Part shown: one piece after another, positions 35,363 through 44,398 of the stretch | Layout: each line of letters opens with the position of its first letter | Numbering within the stretch: position 1 is the first letter of the stretch | Assembly (NCBI GenBank): GCA_049276635.1 | Contig: JBASWU010000026.1 | Location: 2,282 to 66,281 of the forward strand | Direction of reading: 5' to 3' | DNA from: Solirubrobacterales bacterium | GTDB taxonomy: Bacteria; Actinomycetota; Thermoleophilia; Solirubrobacterales; JACPNS01 | Length of the DNA stretch: 64,000 nucleotides | Made by a program: the position numbers and the translations under genes | Notes under the pieces: generated by a model | The model's database searches: none | Seen by the model: only the letters and a program-made list of their open reading frames with translations | What the model was told of the DNA's origin: nothing

Positions 35363-36407
35363 CATCGCGATCGACCCACTCGCGATTGGCGAGAAACCAC
35401 TCGACTGTGCGCGCTATGCCTTCTTCGAACGGCACCGCCGCTTCGAATCCGAACAGCTTCGCCGCGCGAGAGGTGTCGAGCGAGCGGCGCGGCTGGCCGC
35501 CCGGTTTGCCGGTGTCCCAGCGTATTTCGCCGCCGAAGCCGGCCGTCCGGGCGATCAGCCCGGCCAGCTCCCTGATCGTGATCTCGAATCCGGCGCCGAT
35601 GTTGACAGGCTCGGCGACCGTCAGACGTTCGGCGGCCAGCAGGATCGCGCGAGCGCAGTCCTCGACGTAGAGAAACTCGCGGCTAGGCGACCCGTCGCCC
35701 CAGAGCTCGACATCGGAGCCGGCCTCTTTGGCCTCGATCATCTTGCGAATCAGCGCCGGGATCACGTGCGAGCTCTCGAGGTCGAAGTTGTCGCGCGGAC
35801 CGTAAAGGTTGACGGGCATCACAAATACCGCGTTGACGCCGTACTGCTCGTGGTACCCCTGCACGCCGGCGAGCAGAGCCTTCTTGGCGATGCCATACGG
35901 CGCGTTGGTCTCCTCCGGATAACCGTCCCAGAGATTGTCTTCCTGAAACGGGATCGGCGTAAATTTGGGATACGAGCAGATCGTGCCGAGCTGGACGAAC
36001 TTCTCGATCTCGGCGCGTCGGCCGTGCTCCAGCAGCAGCGCGCCCATCATCAAATTGTCGTACCAGTAGGCGCCGGGATTCTTGCGATTGGCGCCGATTC
36101 CGCCGACGCGCGCGGCGAGGTGCAGCACAATGTCGGGCTTAGCGTCGGCGTAGAACCGTTCGACGGCGGCCTCGGTGGTCAGGTCGTACTCGGTCGAGCG
36201 CGGTACGAACGGCTCGGATCCAAGCTCGGCAAGCAGCTCACAAACGTGTCCACCGAGAAAACCGGCGCCACCGGTGACCGCCACACGGCGGTTGCGGAAG
36301 AACTCCGCTGAAGGCTGGGCTGAAGGCTGGGCTGAAGGCCGGGCGTCGGTCACAGCGGTGATCGTAACCTGCGTCGCGGGATCATCCGCCGGGGCCCCGG
36401 CGCACAC
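35319..36407 (-). CDS. fcl: GDP-L-fucose synthase family (GDP-4-keto-6-deoxymannose 3,5-epimerase/4-reductase; Fcl or ColC-type)
   Basis: [74 protein letters not shown] and [10 protein letters not shown]. The start is uncertain. ATG 36407 adds about 40 aa that include a PSAQ repeat and overlap the upstream gene; in-frame GTG 36284 would give M-AVTGGAGF. Confidence 0.85.
   Translation of the reverse strand: MCAGAPADDPATQVTITAVTDARPSAQPSAQPSAEFFRNRRVAVTGGAGFLGGHVCELLAELGSEPFVPRSTEYDLTTEAAVERFYADAKPDIVLHLAARVGGIGANRKNPGAYWYDNLMMGALLLEHGRRAEIEKFVQLGTICSYPKFTPIPFQEDNLWDGYPEETNAPYGIAKKALLAGVQGYHEQYGVNAVFVMPVNLYGPRDNFDLESSHVIPALIRKMIEAKEAGSDVELWGDGSPSREFLYVEDCARAILLAAERLTVAEPVNIGAGFEITIRELAGLIARTAGFGGEIRWDTGKPGGQPRRSLDTSRAAKLFGFEAAVPFEEGIARTVEWFLANREWVDRDVNARAAAEARANAR
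36308..36343. repeat. Tandem repeat, 3 x 12 bp (GCTGAAGGCTGG, GCTGAAGGCTGG, GCTGAAGGCCGG)
   Basis: Read directly at 36308-36343. On the minus strand it encodes [12 protein letters not shown] if the long fcl start is used. Confidence 0.9.
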
Positions 36408-37236
36408 GGCGCCATCGCATTATCGTCCGGTACACGAGCACAATCGCGCGACTGATCACGCGGTTGACGGCAACGGCGAACGGGTGCCCGGCACCGTTCT
36501 CGCGAGCGTTTTGGGCATGCTCGCGAAACTGTTGTTCGAAGCCGGTGATGCTCAGCGAACCCGCGGCCATGCGAAAGCCCGAGACATCGGCGTCGACGTA
36601 GGCCGGCCGGCCGCGCCGCGCGAGGCGCAGCCAGAGGTCGTAGTCGGCGGAGTACTTGAATCGTTCGTCGAGCAGCCCGACTTCATCCAGGACATCACGG
36701 CGCACGAAAGTCGCCGGCGACGAGACGAAGTTGTTGGTCAGATAACGGCCGAGCGTGAAATGCCTGAGCAGGAAGTTCTTGTACGCGGTCACCGCCTTGC
36801 GCGACTCGCGGCCGTCGCCGCCGATGATCGTGCAACGACCGACCAGCCACTCGGTGTCGGCGTTCGCCGCGAACCGTTCGCCGACGGCGTGCAGGCCGCC
36901 GGGGTGGTACACATCGTCGGCGTTGAGCCAAGCCACGAGATCACCGGTCGCCAGGCGGGCGCCCTTGTTGAACGCGTCGGAGAGTCCGTTGTCGGGCTCG
37001 GAGACGAGTTTGATCCGGCCGGCATCGGCCAGCGGCCGCAGGATGTCGAGCGTGCCGTCGGTCGATTCGGCATCGATCACGATGTGCTCGATGCGCGGGT
37101 AGTTCTGCCGCTCGATACTGGCGAGCGTCTCGGGCAGAGTCTCGGCGGCGTTGAACACCGGTGTGACGATCGAGATCGTCGGCAACCCCGCGTCGCCGGG
37201 CGACGCGGACGAGCTATCTGCCGCTGCCGCGGACAC
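36382..37236 (-). CDS. GT2 glycosyltransferase
   Basis: [39 protein letters not shown] and LNADDVY (DxD-like). Confidence 0.8.
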   Translation of the reverse strand: MSAAAADSSSASPGDAGLPTISIVTPVFNAAETLPETLASIERQNYPRIEHIVIDAESTDGTLDILRPLADAGRIKLVSEPDNGLSDAFNKGARLATGDLVAWLNADDVYHPGGLHAVGERFAANADTEWLVGRCTIIGGDGRESRKAVTAYKNFLLRHFTLGRYLTNNFVSSPATFVRRDVLDEVGLLDERFKYSADYDLWLRLARRGRPAYVDADVSGFRMAAGSLSITGFEQQFREHAQNARENGAGHPFAVAVNRVISRAIVLVYRTIMRWRRVRRGPGG

Positions 37237-37253
37237 CTGCCCGTAGCGAACGA

Positions 37254-38261
37254 TCAGAACCCGGCGCGCCGGCGCTCGAGGTCTTCGATGTCGGCGTCGA
37301 CCATCATCTTGACCAGATCCTCGAACCCGACCTGCGGCTCCCAGCCGAGCTTCTGCTTGGCCTTCGAGGAGTCGCCGATCAGCAGGTCGACCTCGGTCGG
37401 GCGGAAGTACTTCTCGTCGATCTCGACGTGCCGCTCCCAGTCGAGTCCGGCGTGCGAAAAGGCCTGCTCACAGAACTCACGCACCGAGTGTGTCTCGCCG
37501 GTGGCCACTACGTAGTCGTCGCCGGCATCCTGCTGGAGCATCATCCACTGCGCCTCGACATAGTCGCCGGCAAACCCCCAGTCACGCTTGGCATCGAGAT
37601 TGCCGAGGTAGAGCTTGTCCTGCAGCCCGCCCTTGATATTGGCGACGGCGCGGGTTATCTTGCGCGTCACGAAGGTCTCACCGCGGCGCGGGCTCTCGTG
37701 GTTGAAAAGGATGCCGTTGGACGCATGGATGCCATAGGCCTCGCGGTAGTTGACGACGATCCAGAAGCTGTAGACCTTTGCGCAGCCGTAAGGGCTTCGC
37801 GGGTAGAACGGCGTTTTCTCCGACTGTGGAACCTCCTGGACCATGCCGAACATCTCGCTCGACGAGGCCTGGTAGAAACGTGCCGGAACCTCGGTTTCGC
37901 GAATCGCCTCAAGGATGCGCAGCGTGCCCAGCGCGTCGACGTCGCCGGTGTACTCGGGAACCTCAAAGCTGACCTTGACATGACTTTGGGCGGCGAGGTT
38001 GTAGACCTCGTCGGGAACGACCTTCTCGATGATGCGGTTGAGCGACGAAGCGTCGTTGAGGTCGCCGAAGTGCAGGAAGAGACGGACATCTCGCTCGTGC
38101 GGATCCCTGTAGAGATGATCAATGCGCGCGGTGTTGAAGCTGCTCGAGCGGCGAATCAGGCCGTGGACCTCGTAGCCCTTGTTCAGGAGCATCTCGGCCA
38201 GGTAGCTGCCGTCCTGTCCGGTGATCCCGGTGATCAATGCCTTCTTCGGTTCTGAGTTCAT
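37254..38261 (-). CDS. gmd: GDP-mannose 4,6-dehydratase
   Basis: [76 protein letters not shown] and TFVTRKITR. Gmd signature throughout. Confidence 0.95.
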   Translation of the reverse strand: MNSEPKKALITGITGQDGSYLAEMLLNKGYEVHGLIRRSSSFNTARIDHLYRDPHERDVRLFLHFGDLNDASSLNRIIEKVVPDEVYNLAAQSHVKVSFEVPEYTGDVDALGTLRILEAIRETEVPARFYQASSSEMFGMVQEVPQSEKTPFYPRSPYGCAKVYSFWIVVNYREAYGIHASNGILFNHESPRRGETFVTRKITRAVANIKGGLQDKLYLGNLDAKRDWGFAGDYVEAQWMMLQQDAGDDYVVATGETHSVREFCEQAFSHAGLDWERHVEIDEKYFRPTEVDLLIGDSSKAKQKLGWEPQVGFEDLVKMMVDADIEDLERRRAGF

Positions 38262-38415
38262 TTGGATTCCTGCCGCGGTTGTTTTGAACGTATCGCCCTA
38301 CGGCTGGGCCGCGCGAAGCGAGCAGTCTATTCGCCCCCCGGCCGGATTGACGCGCCCGCGCCTGACAGAATGCAACGCTACGGCCCGCCGCCGCGTGCCG
38401 GACCGTCCGTCCCGT

Positions 38416-39174
38416 ATGCCAGCTAGAAACACAAGAATCGCGATCGTCCCGGCTCTCAACGAAGGAGTCTCGATCGCCGGCGTCATCGACGCGATCGGCA
38501 GCGCGGCTCCGGACTTCGATGTGCTGGTGATCGACGACGGATCGACCGACGAAACCGCACGCATCGCCGAACAAGCCGGCGCGACCACATTGCGTCACCC
38601 GTTCAACCTCGGGATCGGCGGCGCCGTGCAGAACGGTTACCGCTACGCGCTCGAGAACGGGTACGACATGGCGGTCCAGATCGATGGCGACGGACAGCAC
38701 CCGCCGACCGAGCTGCGGAAGCTCGTCGACCGTCTGCAGAGCGACCCGCCGGTCGATCTCGTCTACGGCTCGCGGTTCCTCCGCGCGGGCGACTACGACC
38801 AGACCTTCGCCCGGCGCGCCGGGATCGTCTTCTTCTCGCTGGTGCTGTCGGTGATCACGCGCAAGCGTGTGACCGACCCGACCTCGGGCTTCCGGCTGGC
38901 CAATCGGCGGGCGATCGCGTTGTTCGCCCGTGACTACCCGCACGACTACCCCGAGGTCGAGGCGATTCTGATGATGCACCGCCACCAGCTGACCACCGCC
39001 GAAGTGCCCGTACGGATGGACACACGCCAAGGCGGCAGCTCGTCGATCACCTGGCTGCACTCGGGTTACTACATGGTCAAGGTGATGCTCGCGGTCTTTG
39101 TCGGCCTGTTCCGCGCACGCAGCGTGTTCGAGCACGAGGACGAGTCTTCGGTCTCGGCCGCGAAGGGACTCTGA
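38416..39174 (+). CDS. GT2 polyprenyl-phosphate glycosyltransferase (PpgS/GacI/WpsA-like)
   Basis: IAIVPALNEGVSI, VLVIDDGSTDET, QIDGDGQHPP, TDPTSGFR, and a single C-terminal hydrophobic helix. Start set to ATG 38416; the listed ORF start 38221 overlaps the gmd start region. Confidence 0.75.
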   Translation: MPARNTRIAIVPALNEGVSIAGVIDAIGSAAPDFDVLVIDDGSTDETARIAEQAGATTLRHPFNLGIGGAVQNGYRYALENGYDMAVQIDGDGQHPPTELRKLVDRLQSDPPVDLVYGSRFLRAGDYDQTFARRAGIVFFSLVLSVITRKRVTDPTSGFRLANRRAIALFARDYPHDYPEVEAILMMHRHQLTTAEVPVRMDTRQGGSSSITWLHSGYYMVKVMLAVFVGLFRARSVFEHEDESSVSAAKGL

Positions 39175-39593
39175 TGACCTTCACCCCCGCCGCCCCGGTC
39201 GCCGCCGCGACACTCAACTCGAAACTGCAGATCCTTGCGATCCTCGGCACGGCCACGCTGTTGGTGATCGTCTTCGAACTGGTGCGCCAGCGGCGCTTGA
39301 TGGAACGCTACTCGCTGCTTTGGCTGCTCGCCGCCTTGGTGCTGCTGGTGCTCGCCAGCTTCAGCGGTCTGCTTGAGACGCTCTCGAGCGCGGTCGGGAT
39401 CGCGACGCCGTCGAACGCACTCTTCGGGATCGGCCTCGGTTTCGTGATCCTGCTGCTGCTGCACTTCTCGGTCTCGATATCGAAGCTCAGTGACCAGGTC
39501 AAGATCCTTGCGCAGCAGCTCGCCACGACCGAGGAACGCCTGCGGCGGATCGAGGCCCGCGACGCCGGTCCCGGGTCCGACGAGGCCGGCTAG
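39174..39593 (+). CDS. Small 3-TM membrane protein, DUF2304-like (Rv3632/GacJ/WpsB-type partner)
   Basis: 139 aa. VFELVRQRRLMERYSLLWLL motif, three hydrophobic helices, then the amphipathic tail KLSDQVKILAQQLATTEERLRRIE. Its ATG overlaps the TGA of the upstream GT2 gene by 1 nt. The family call is from memory of the DUF2304 pattern. Confidence 0.55.
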   Translation: MTFTPAAPVAAATLNSKLQILAILGTATLLVIVFELVRQRRLMERYSLLWLLAALVLLVLASFSGLLETLSSAVGIATPSNALFGIGLGFVILLLLHFSVSISKLSDQVKILAQQLATTEERLRRIEARDAGPGSDEAG

Positions 39594-39669
39594 ATGGGTG
39601 ACTCCGTGAAAATGCTCACACGAACGACGTCGCATACCGGCGCTGGATCGTCATCCACGGCCACACGGG

Positions 39670-40467
39670 ATGACCCATTCGATGGTCGGTGAGGGAACTC
39701 GCTCGATCCACCGGCGCCGGATCGTCGGAACCGCGGTTTCGATCACCGACTACCAAGAGGTGCTCGATGCGATCGACGCCGCCGTCGCCGATCGCGAGCG
39801 GATCTTCATCTGTTGTACTCCGGCCAGCTCGCTGATCGCGGCGCGGCGCGACCGCCGCCTCGGCGCCGCGCTTGCCGACGCGGACATCGTGACCCCAGAC
39901 GGAATGGGCGTCGTGATCGCCGCCCGCCTGCTCGGCGAGTCGCTCCGCGGTCGCGTCTACGGCCCGGATCTGATGCTGCTTCAATGCGAGCGCGCGGCGG
40001 CGGCCGGACAACGGATCTGGCTCTACGGCGGATTCGACGACGCGGCGCTCGACGATCTGCGGGCCGCACTCGCCGAGCGTTTCCCCGGTCTCTCGATCGC
40101 CGGGGGGCACTCGCCGCCCCACCGCGATCCGGCCACACGCGAGACCGACCGGCTCGTCGCGCAGATCAACGCCGACGCGCCGGACATCGTTTGGGTCGGC
40201 ACCGGCAGCCCGAAACAGGAGCTCTGGATGCACGCGCTACGCGACCGGCTCGACGCGCCCGTCCTCTGCGGCGTCGGCGCGGCGTTCGATTTTCACGCCG
40301 GACGCACGGCGCAGGCGCCGCGCTGGTTGCGGCGGGGCGGACTCGAGTGGCTGTTTCGCGCGCTGCGTGAACCACGGCGACTCGGGCGGCGCTACCTCGG
40401 TACGCTGCCGCACTTCGTCGTGCTCGTCCTCGCCCAGTGTCTACGGGAACGTCGCGCCGCGCCGTGA
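39670..40467 (+). CDS. WecG/TagA/CpsF-family glycosyltransferase (GT26)
   Basis: IVTPDGMGVVIAARLLG, RVYGPDLM, IWLYGG, VGTGSPKQELWM, CGVGAAFDFHAG, APRWLRRGGLEWLFRALREPRR. Confidence 0.85.
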   Translation: MTHSMVGEGTRSIHRRRIVGTAVSITDYQEVLDAIDAAVADRERIFICCTPASSLIAARRDRRLGAALADADIVTPDGMGVVIAARLLGESLRGRVYGPDLMLLQCERAAAAGQRIWLYGGFDDAALDDLRAALAERFPGLSIAGGHSPPHRDPATRETDRLVAQINADAPDIVWVGTGSPKQELWMHALRDRLDAPVLCGVGAAFDFHAGRTAQAPRWLRRGGLEWLFRALREPRRLGRRYLGTLPHFVVLVLAQCLRERRAAP

Positions 40468-40542
40468 GCGGCCGTCGAAGCGATCGGACCGGCGCCCGAG
40501 AATCGGCCTCCACTGGCGACGCTTGTATAGGCTGGCGCACCG

Positions 40543-41631
40543 ATGGCTGAACCGATCGCCAACCTCAAGGGCCTAATCCTCTCCGGCGGCAAAGGCACAC
40601 GCCTGCGGCCGATCACCCACACCAGCGCCAAGCAGTTGGTGCCGGTCGCCAACAAACCGGTGCTGTTTTACGGCATCGAGGCGATGGTCGACGCCGGAAT
40701 CGGCGAGATCGGGATCATCATCGCGCCCGAGACCGGTGACGAGATCCGCGAGGCGGCCGGCGACGGCTCGCGGTTTGGCGCCCGGATCACCTATATCCCG
40801 CAGGCCGAGCCGCTCGGGCTGGCACACGCGGTCCTGACCGCCGAGCCGTTCATCGGCGACTCGCCGTTCGTGATGTATCTCGGCGACAACCTGTTGCGCG
40901 AGGGGATCGTCGGCCTGACCGAGAGCTTCAAGGCGAACGGCCCAGACGCGCTGATCCTGCTGACCCGCGTCCCCGACCCCGAGCATTACGGGGTCGCCGA
41001 ACTGGCCGACGGGCGCGTCGTGCGATTGGCCGAGAAGCCCGCCGATCCGAAGACCGATCTGGCGCTCGTCGGCGTCTACATGTTCACCAAGTCGATCTTC
41101 GCCGCGGCCAGGGCGATCGAGCCGAGCGAGCGCGGCGAGCTCGAGATCACCGACGCGATCCAGCACCTCGTCGACGGCGGCCTCAACGTCGAGCCGCACC
41201 TCGTCGACGGCTGGTGGAAGGACACCGGGCGCCTCGAGGACATGCTTCAGGCCAACCGCCTGGTGCTCGAGGACCTCCAGACGCGTGTCGACGGCGAGCT
41301 CGACGCGGCGAGCAGCGTCGAGGGCCGCGTCGTGATCGAGGCCGGTGCGACGCTCACGCGCACCGTCGTTCGCGGCCCGGCCGTGATCGCCGCCGGAGCC
41401 GAACTGACCGACGCCTACATCGGCCCCTACACCTCGATCGGCGAGCGCGTCCGGATCGACCGTGCCGAGGTCGAATACTCGATCATCCTCGCCGATTCTC
41501 AGATCAGCGATCTCGGCGCGCGCATGGAGGCCAGCCTGATCGGCAAGCACTCGCAGATCACTCGCACCGACGGCATGCCGCGCACGTTTCGCCTGCTCGT
41601 CGGCGACAACTGTGAGATCTCACTCGTTTAG
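40543..41631 (+). CDS. rmlA: Glucose-1-phosphate thymidylyltransferase, long form with C-terminal left-handed beta-helix
   Basis: GLILSGGKGTRLRPITHTSAKQLVPVANKPVLFY, LGLAHAV, YLGDNL, EKPADPKTDLALVGVYMF. 362 aa, as in long RmlA. Confidence 0.8.
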   Translation: MAEPIANLKGLILSGGKGTRLRPITHTSAKQLVPVANKPVLFYGIEAMVDAGIGEIGIIIAPETGDEIREAAGDGSRFGARITYIPQAEPLGLAHAVLTAEPFIGDSPFVMYLGDNLLREGIVGLTESFKANGPDALILLTRVPDPEHYGVAELADGRVVRLAEKPADPKTDLALVGVYMFTKSIFAAARAIEPSERGELEITDAIQHLVDGGLNVEPHLVDGWWKDTGRLEDMLQANRLVLEDLQTRVDGELDAASSVEGRVVIEAGATLTRTVVRGPAVIAAGAELTDAYIGPYTSIGERVRIDRAEVEYSIILADSQISDLGARMEASLIGKHSQITRTDGMPRTFRLLVGDNCEISLV

Positions 41632-41673
41632 GACGCCGCGCGCCGTGACCGGCTCGCTGGTATATCTGTCGCC

Positions 41674-42567
41674 ATGAAAGTTGTCATCACCGGAGCCGCC
41701 GGCATGCTCGGACGCGATATCGAGATCGCCGCCGACGCCGTCCACCACGAAGTCGCCGCGCTCGGCCGTGAGGATCTCGACGTCACCGATGAAGCCGCGG
41801 TGCGCGACGCCTTCGAGCGCGAACTGCCGCAGGTCGTGATCAACTGCGCCGCGTTCACCGACGTCGACCTGGCCGAGACCCAAGAGCACGCCGCGCACGA
41901 GCTCAACGCGACCGCCGCCGCCACAGTCTCGGCCGCCGCCGCCGAAGTCGGCGCCAAGATCATCTACCCGTCGACCGACTACGTCTTCGACGGCGTCAAG
42001 ACCGAGCCGTATGACGAGTCCGACCAGCCGAATCCGCAGACCGCCTACGGCCGCACCAAGCTCGCCGGCGAGATCGCCACCGCCGAGGCCAATCCGCGCC
42101 ACGCGATCATCCGGACTTCTTGGCTGTTTGGCCTCAACGGACCCAACTTCGTTGAGACGATGCTGTCGCTGTCGGAGCGCCAGAGCGAAGTGCTGGTCGT
42201 GCGCGATCAGGTCGGCTGCCCGACCTTCACAGGTCACCTGGCCCCGGCGATCGTCGAGTTGCTCGACTACGAACTGCTCGGCACGATGCACATCGCCGGC
42301 GGCGGCCACTGCTCGTGGTACGACTTCGCGCGCGAGATCTTCCGCCAGTCGCAGCTTGATGTGACCGTGCTGTCCGGCAGTTCGGAGATGCTCGGCCGGC
42401 CGGCCGTTCGCCCGCCGTTCTCGGCGCTTGTCAGCGGGCGCGACGATGTTCCGGTTCTGCCGCGCTGGGATCACGGTCTCCACGCCTACCTCGCGCGGCG
42501 AGCGGAGCGCGTGGCGGCCGGCGCCGATCCGGCGACCGGGATTTCCGGTCAGGGGCGCGAATCGTGA
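41674..42567 (+). CDS. rmlD: dTDP-4-dehydrorhamnose reductase
   Basis: MKVVITGAAGMLGRDI, NCAAFTDVDLAE, STDYVFDG, YGRTKLAGE, IIRTSWLFG. Confidence 0.9.
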   Translation: MKVVITGAAGMLGRDIEIAADAVHHEVAALGREDLDVTDEAAVRDAFERELPQVVINCAAFTDVDLAETQEHAAHELNATAAATVSAAAAEVGAKIIYPSTDYVFDGVKTEPYDESDQPNPQTAYGRTKLAGEIATAEANPRHAIIRTSWLFGLNGPNFVETMLSLSERQSEVLVVRDQVGCPTFTGHLAPAIVELLDYELLGTMHIAGGGHCSWYDFAREIFRQSQLDVTVLSGSSEMLGRPAVRPPFSALVSGRDDVPVLPRWDHGLHAYLARRAERVAAGADPATGISGQGRES

Positions 42568-43568
42568 AGATTCTCGTAACCGGCGGCGCCGGATTTATCG
42601 GCTCCAATTACGTTCGTCACGTCTTGGGCGCCCACTCCGGGGATGAGGTCGTCGTGCTCGACAAACTGACCTACGCCGGCCGCCGTGAAAACCTCGCCGA
42701 CCTCGACGGCGACGAGCGCATGACCTTCATCCACGGCGCGATCGAGGATCGCGCGGCGGTCGACCAGGCGATCGCCGGCTGCGACGCCGTCGTCAACTTC
42801 GCCGCCGAATCGCACGTCGACCGCTCGATCGACGACCCGGAGGCCTTCATCACGACCGACGTGATCGGCACCCACGTCCTGCTCGAGGCCGCGCGCGCGG
42901 CGAACACCGGCCGCTACCTGCAGGTTTCAACCGACGAAGTCTACGGCTCGATCGAGTCCGGCTCCTTCACCGAGGAGTCGCCGATCGACCCGTCTTCGCC
43001 GTATTCGGCCAGCAAGGCCGGCGGCGACATGCTCGTCCAGGCGTATTTCCGCACCTACGGGATGCCGGCGCTGATCTGCCGGGCGTCCAACAACTACGGC
43101 GCGTTCCAGTACCCCGAGAAGCTGATCCCCTTGTGCATCCTCAACGCGCTGGCCGGCGACAAACTGCCCGTCTACGGCGACGGTATGCAGGTTCGCAACT
43201 GGCTCCATGTCGAAGATCACTGCAGCGGCATCGACACCGTCCTGCGCCGTGGAGCCGAGGGCGAGGTCTACAACATCGGCGGGCCCGACGAGTGCCCGAA
43301 CATCGACGTCGTCAAGCGAATCGTCGAACTGACCGGCCGCGACGAGTCGCTGATCGAGTACGTCACGGACCGCCCCGGCCACGATCGGCGCTACTCGCTG
43401 TCGTCGGACAAAACGCGTGCGCTCGGCTGGGAGCCGCGGACGCACTTCGCCGCCGGGCTGGCGAGCACGGTCGCGTGGTACCGCGACAACGAAGCCTGGT
43501 GGGCGCCGATTCGGTCGGGCGATTATCTCGAGTACTACCGCCGTCAGTACGGCCGCGGGCTGGCTTAG
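42564..43568 (+). CDS. rmlB: dTDP-glucose 4,6-dehydratase
   Basis: MKILVTGGAGFIGSNYVRHVL, NFAAESHVDRSI, VSTDEVYG, YSASKAGGD, VRNWLHVEDH, DRPGHDRRY. GTGA overlap with rmlD. Confidence 0.95.
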   Translation: MKILVTGGAGFIGSNYVRHVLGAHSGDEVVVLDKLTYAGRRENLADLDGDERMTFIHGAIEDRAAVDQAIAGCDAVVNFAAESHVDRSIDDPEAFITTDVIGTHVLLEAARAANTGRYLQVSTDEVYGSIESGSFTEESPIDPSSPYSASKAGGDMLVQAYFRTYGMPALICRASNNYGAFQYPEKLIPLCILNALAGDKLPVYGDGMQVRNWLHVEDHCSGIDTVLRRGAEGEVYNIGGPDECPNIDVVKRIVELTGRDESLIEYVTDRPGHDRRYSLSSDKTRALGWEPRTHFAAGLASTVAWYRDNEAWWAPIRSGDYLEYYRRQYGRGLA

Positions 43569-43600
43569 CGGCCAATTGAACGGGCCGCGAACCGGTAGCG

Positions 43601-44329
43601 TTGGCTCGGAGCATGGAAGGATCCGCCGATGCGCCGACGCCACAACTCACGAGTGAGCTGACGAGACTGCTCGACGGCGCGCTGCGCGTCGAAGACTTCG
43701 TCGCGACCGTCGTTCACGAGGCGATGCAGCCGCTGACGGCGATCCAGGTGCTCGCCGGCGCGATCCGGCAGGGCGGCGACTCGATGCCGCCCGCCGAGCG
43801 CGACAAACTGCTCGCCGACATCGAGAGCCAGGCGCGGTTTTTGCAGGACCTCACCGACTGGATGCTGAGGCCGTTCACCCGTGACCGTGTCGCGTTCGAC
43901 GAGTTGGTGGCCGGCACCGTCGAGCGCTGCCGCCCGCTGGCGCCCGGCCACACGCTGGTGGCGCGGCTTGAGTGCGGCGACACGATCATCAGCTGCGAAG
44001 CGGTTCGCGTCGAGGCGTCGATCCGAAATCTCGTCAAGAACTCGGCCGCCAATTCTCCGGCCGGCAGCGAGATCGAAATCAGTACACGCACGACCGGCGA
44101 TCACTTGATCGTCTCGGTCAAAGACCACGGCTGCGGGATCCCCGTAGCCCGGTGGGAAGACGTCTTCCGGCGATTCAACCGCGTCGAATCCGGCCCGAGC
44201 GAGGGATCGGGACTCGGCCTTTTCGTCGTGCACAGCTGCGCGATACAGCACGGCGGATACGCCCGCGTCGCCGACAGCTCGGCGGCCGGCACGACGGTGG
44301 AACTTGCGCTCGGCGCCGGCGTCACCTGA
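43601..44329 (+). CDS. Soluble histidine kinase core (DHp + HATPase_c) without a recognisable sensor domain
   Basis: H-box VVHEAMQPLTAIQ, N-box IRNLVKNSAANSP, G1 VKDHGCGIP and G2 GSGLGLFVV. There are no hydrophobic helices. The start is TTG 43601 or ATG 43613, 33-45 nt after rmlB. Confidence 0.75.
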   Translation: MARSMEGSADAPTPQLTSELTRLLDGALRVEDFVATVVHEAMQPLTAIQVLAGAIRQGGDSMPPAERDKLLADIESQARFLQDLTDWMLRPFTRDRVAFDELVAGTVERCRPLAPGHTLVARLECGDTIISCEAVRVEASIRNLVKNSAANSPAGSEIEISTRTTGDHLIVSVKDHGCGIPVARWEDVFRRFNRVESGPSEGSGLGLFVVHSCAIQHGGYARVADSSAAGTTVELALGAGVT

Positions 44330-44398
44330 TCCGCCGCGTCGCGCCGGGAGCGACAACCGGCCCGAGCGTCGAATAGCATCCGGTCCGGGAGTCCAATC

